Shown here piece by piece: positions 52,701-52,879 of a DNA stretch of 52,879 nucleotides. Position 1 is the stretch's first letter; each line of letters starts with the position of its first letter. The notes beneath the pieces were generated by a model, which was not told the origin of the DNA, did no database searches, and was given only the letters and a program-made list of their open reading frames with translations. A program made the translations under genes and the position numbers. The DNA is from Candidatus Limnocylindria bacterium (GTDB lineage Bacteria > Chloroflexota > Limnocylindria > Limnocylindrales > CSP1-4): the NCBI GenBank assembly GCA_041484785.1, contig JBGPIH010000003.1, positions 1 through 52,879 on the forward strand, given 5' to 3'.

Positions 52701-52879
52701 TCAGACGCGGCCGGAAGCCCAGTAGCGCTCGGCCGAGCCATCCACCCCGCCCAGCTCGGCCATCGCCCGACCGTACGCGCGGGTCGCGTCCGCCATCGCG
52801 GACGTGCCCTCGAAGAGCCGCTCGATCTGGCTCTTGTACAGGTCGATGCCCATGATCTTGCGTTCGATCTGGTCGGTGA
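52701..52879 (-). CDS. C-terminus of a PIG-L/LmbE-family N-deacetylase (partial)
   Basis: Translated by hand: TDQIERKIMGIDLYKSQIERLF...AERYWASGRV*; matches the K..I..YxSQ and ERYW C-terminal pattern of this family. Confidence 0.7.
   Translation of the reverse strand, partial: TDQIERKIMGIDLYKSQIERLFEGTSAMADATRAYGRAMAELGGVDGSAERYWASGRV

Noticed and set aside
1-52879. CRISPR arrays, tRNA/rRNA, transposases, integrases, long tandem repeats
   Set aside because: None seen; the window is almost fully coding with short spacers. Reading by eye could miss short degenerate repeats

Overview
High-GC bacterial window, with a gene set and DegS/DegU-like pair suggestive of Chloroflexota (inference only). 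It is almost entirely a cell-surface glycan locus. From left to right: (1) a soluble DegS-like kinase and an atypical NarL/DegU-type regulator; (2) a first block of multi-TM GT-C-fold glycosyltransferases and an O-antigen-ligase/TPR protein; (3) a roughly 21 kb minus-strand Wzx-type polysaccharide cluster containing a WcaJ-like initiator, a UDP-HexNAc dehydrogenase, a bi-domain oxidoreductase, AsnB, a flippase, a methyltransferase, GT4/GT2 enzymes, a heparinase II/III-like protein and an inverted wecB; (4) a second block of GT-C genes mixed with two polyprenyl-phosphate-sugar synthases, two MFS-fused 'spermidine synthase-like' proteins, a GNAT, a sugar-nucleotide cassette and a PIG-L-family fragment. 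I count 15 apparently intact GT-C-like genes and 2 decayed copies, not counting the ligase. The strongest candidate for an undescribed system is an extracytoplasmic lipoglycan or glycoprotein assembly line. It would use an expanding and decaying family of miniature GT87-like enzymes plus two transporter-fused SAM-fold enzymes whose catalytic domains appear to face outside. Most transcription units look leaderless (TANNNT 6-9 nt before the start codon). I saw no tRNA, rRNA, CRISPR array or mobile element. All family calls come from reading motifs by eye, not from database searches.
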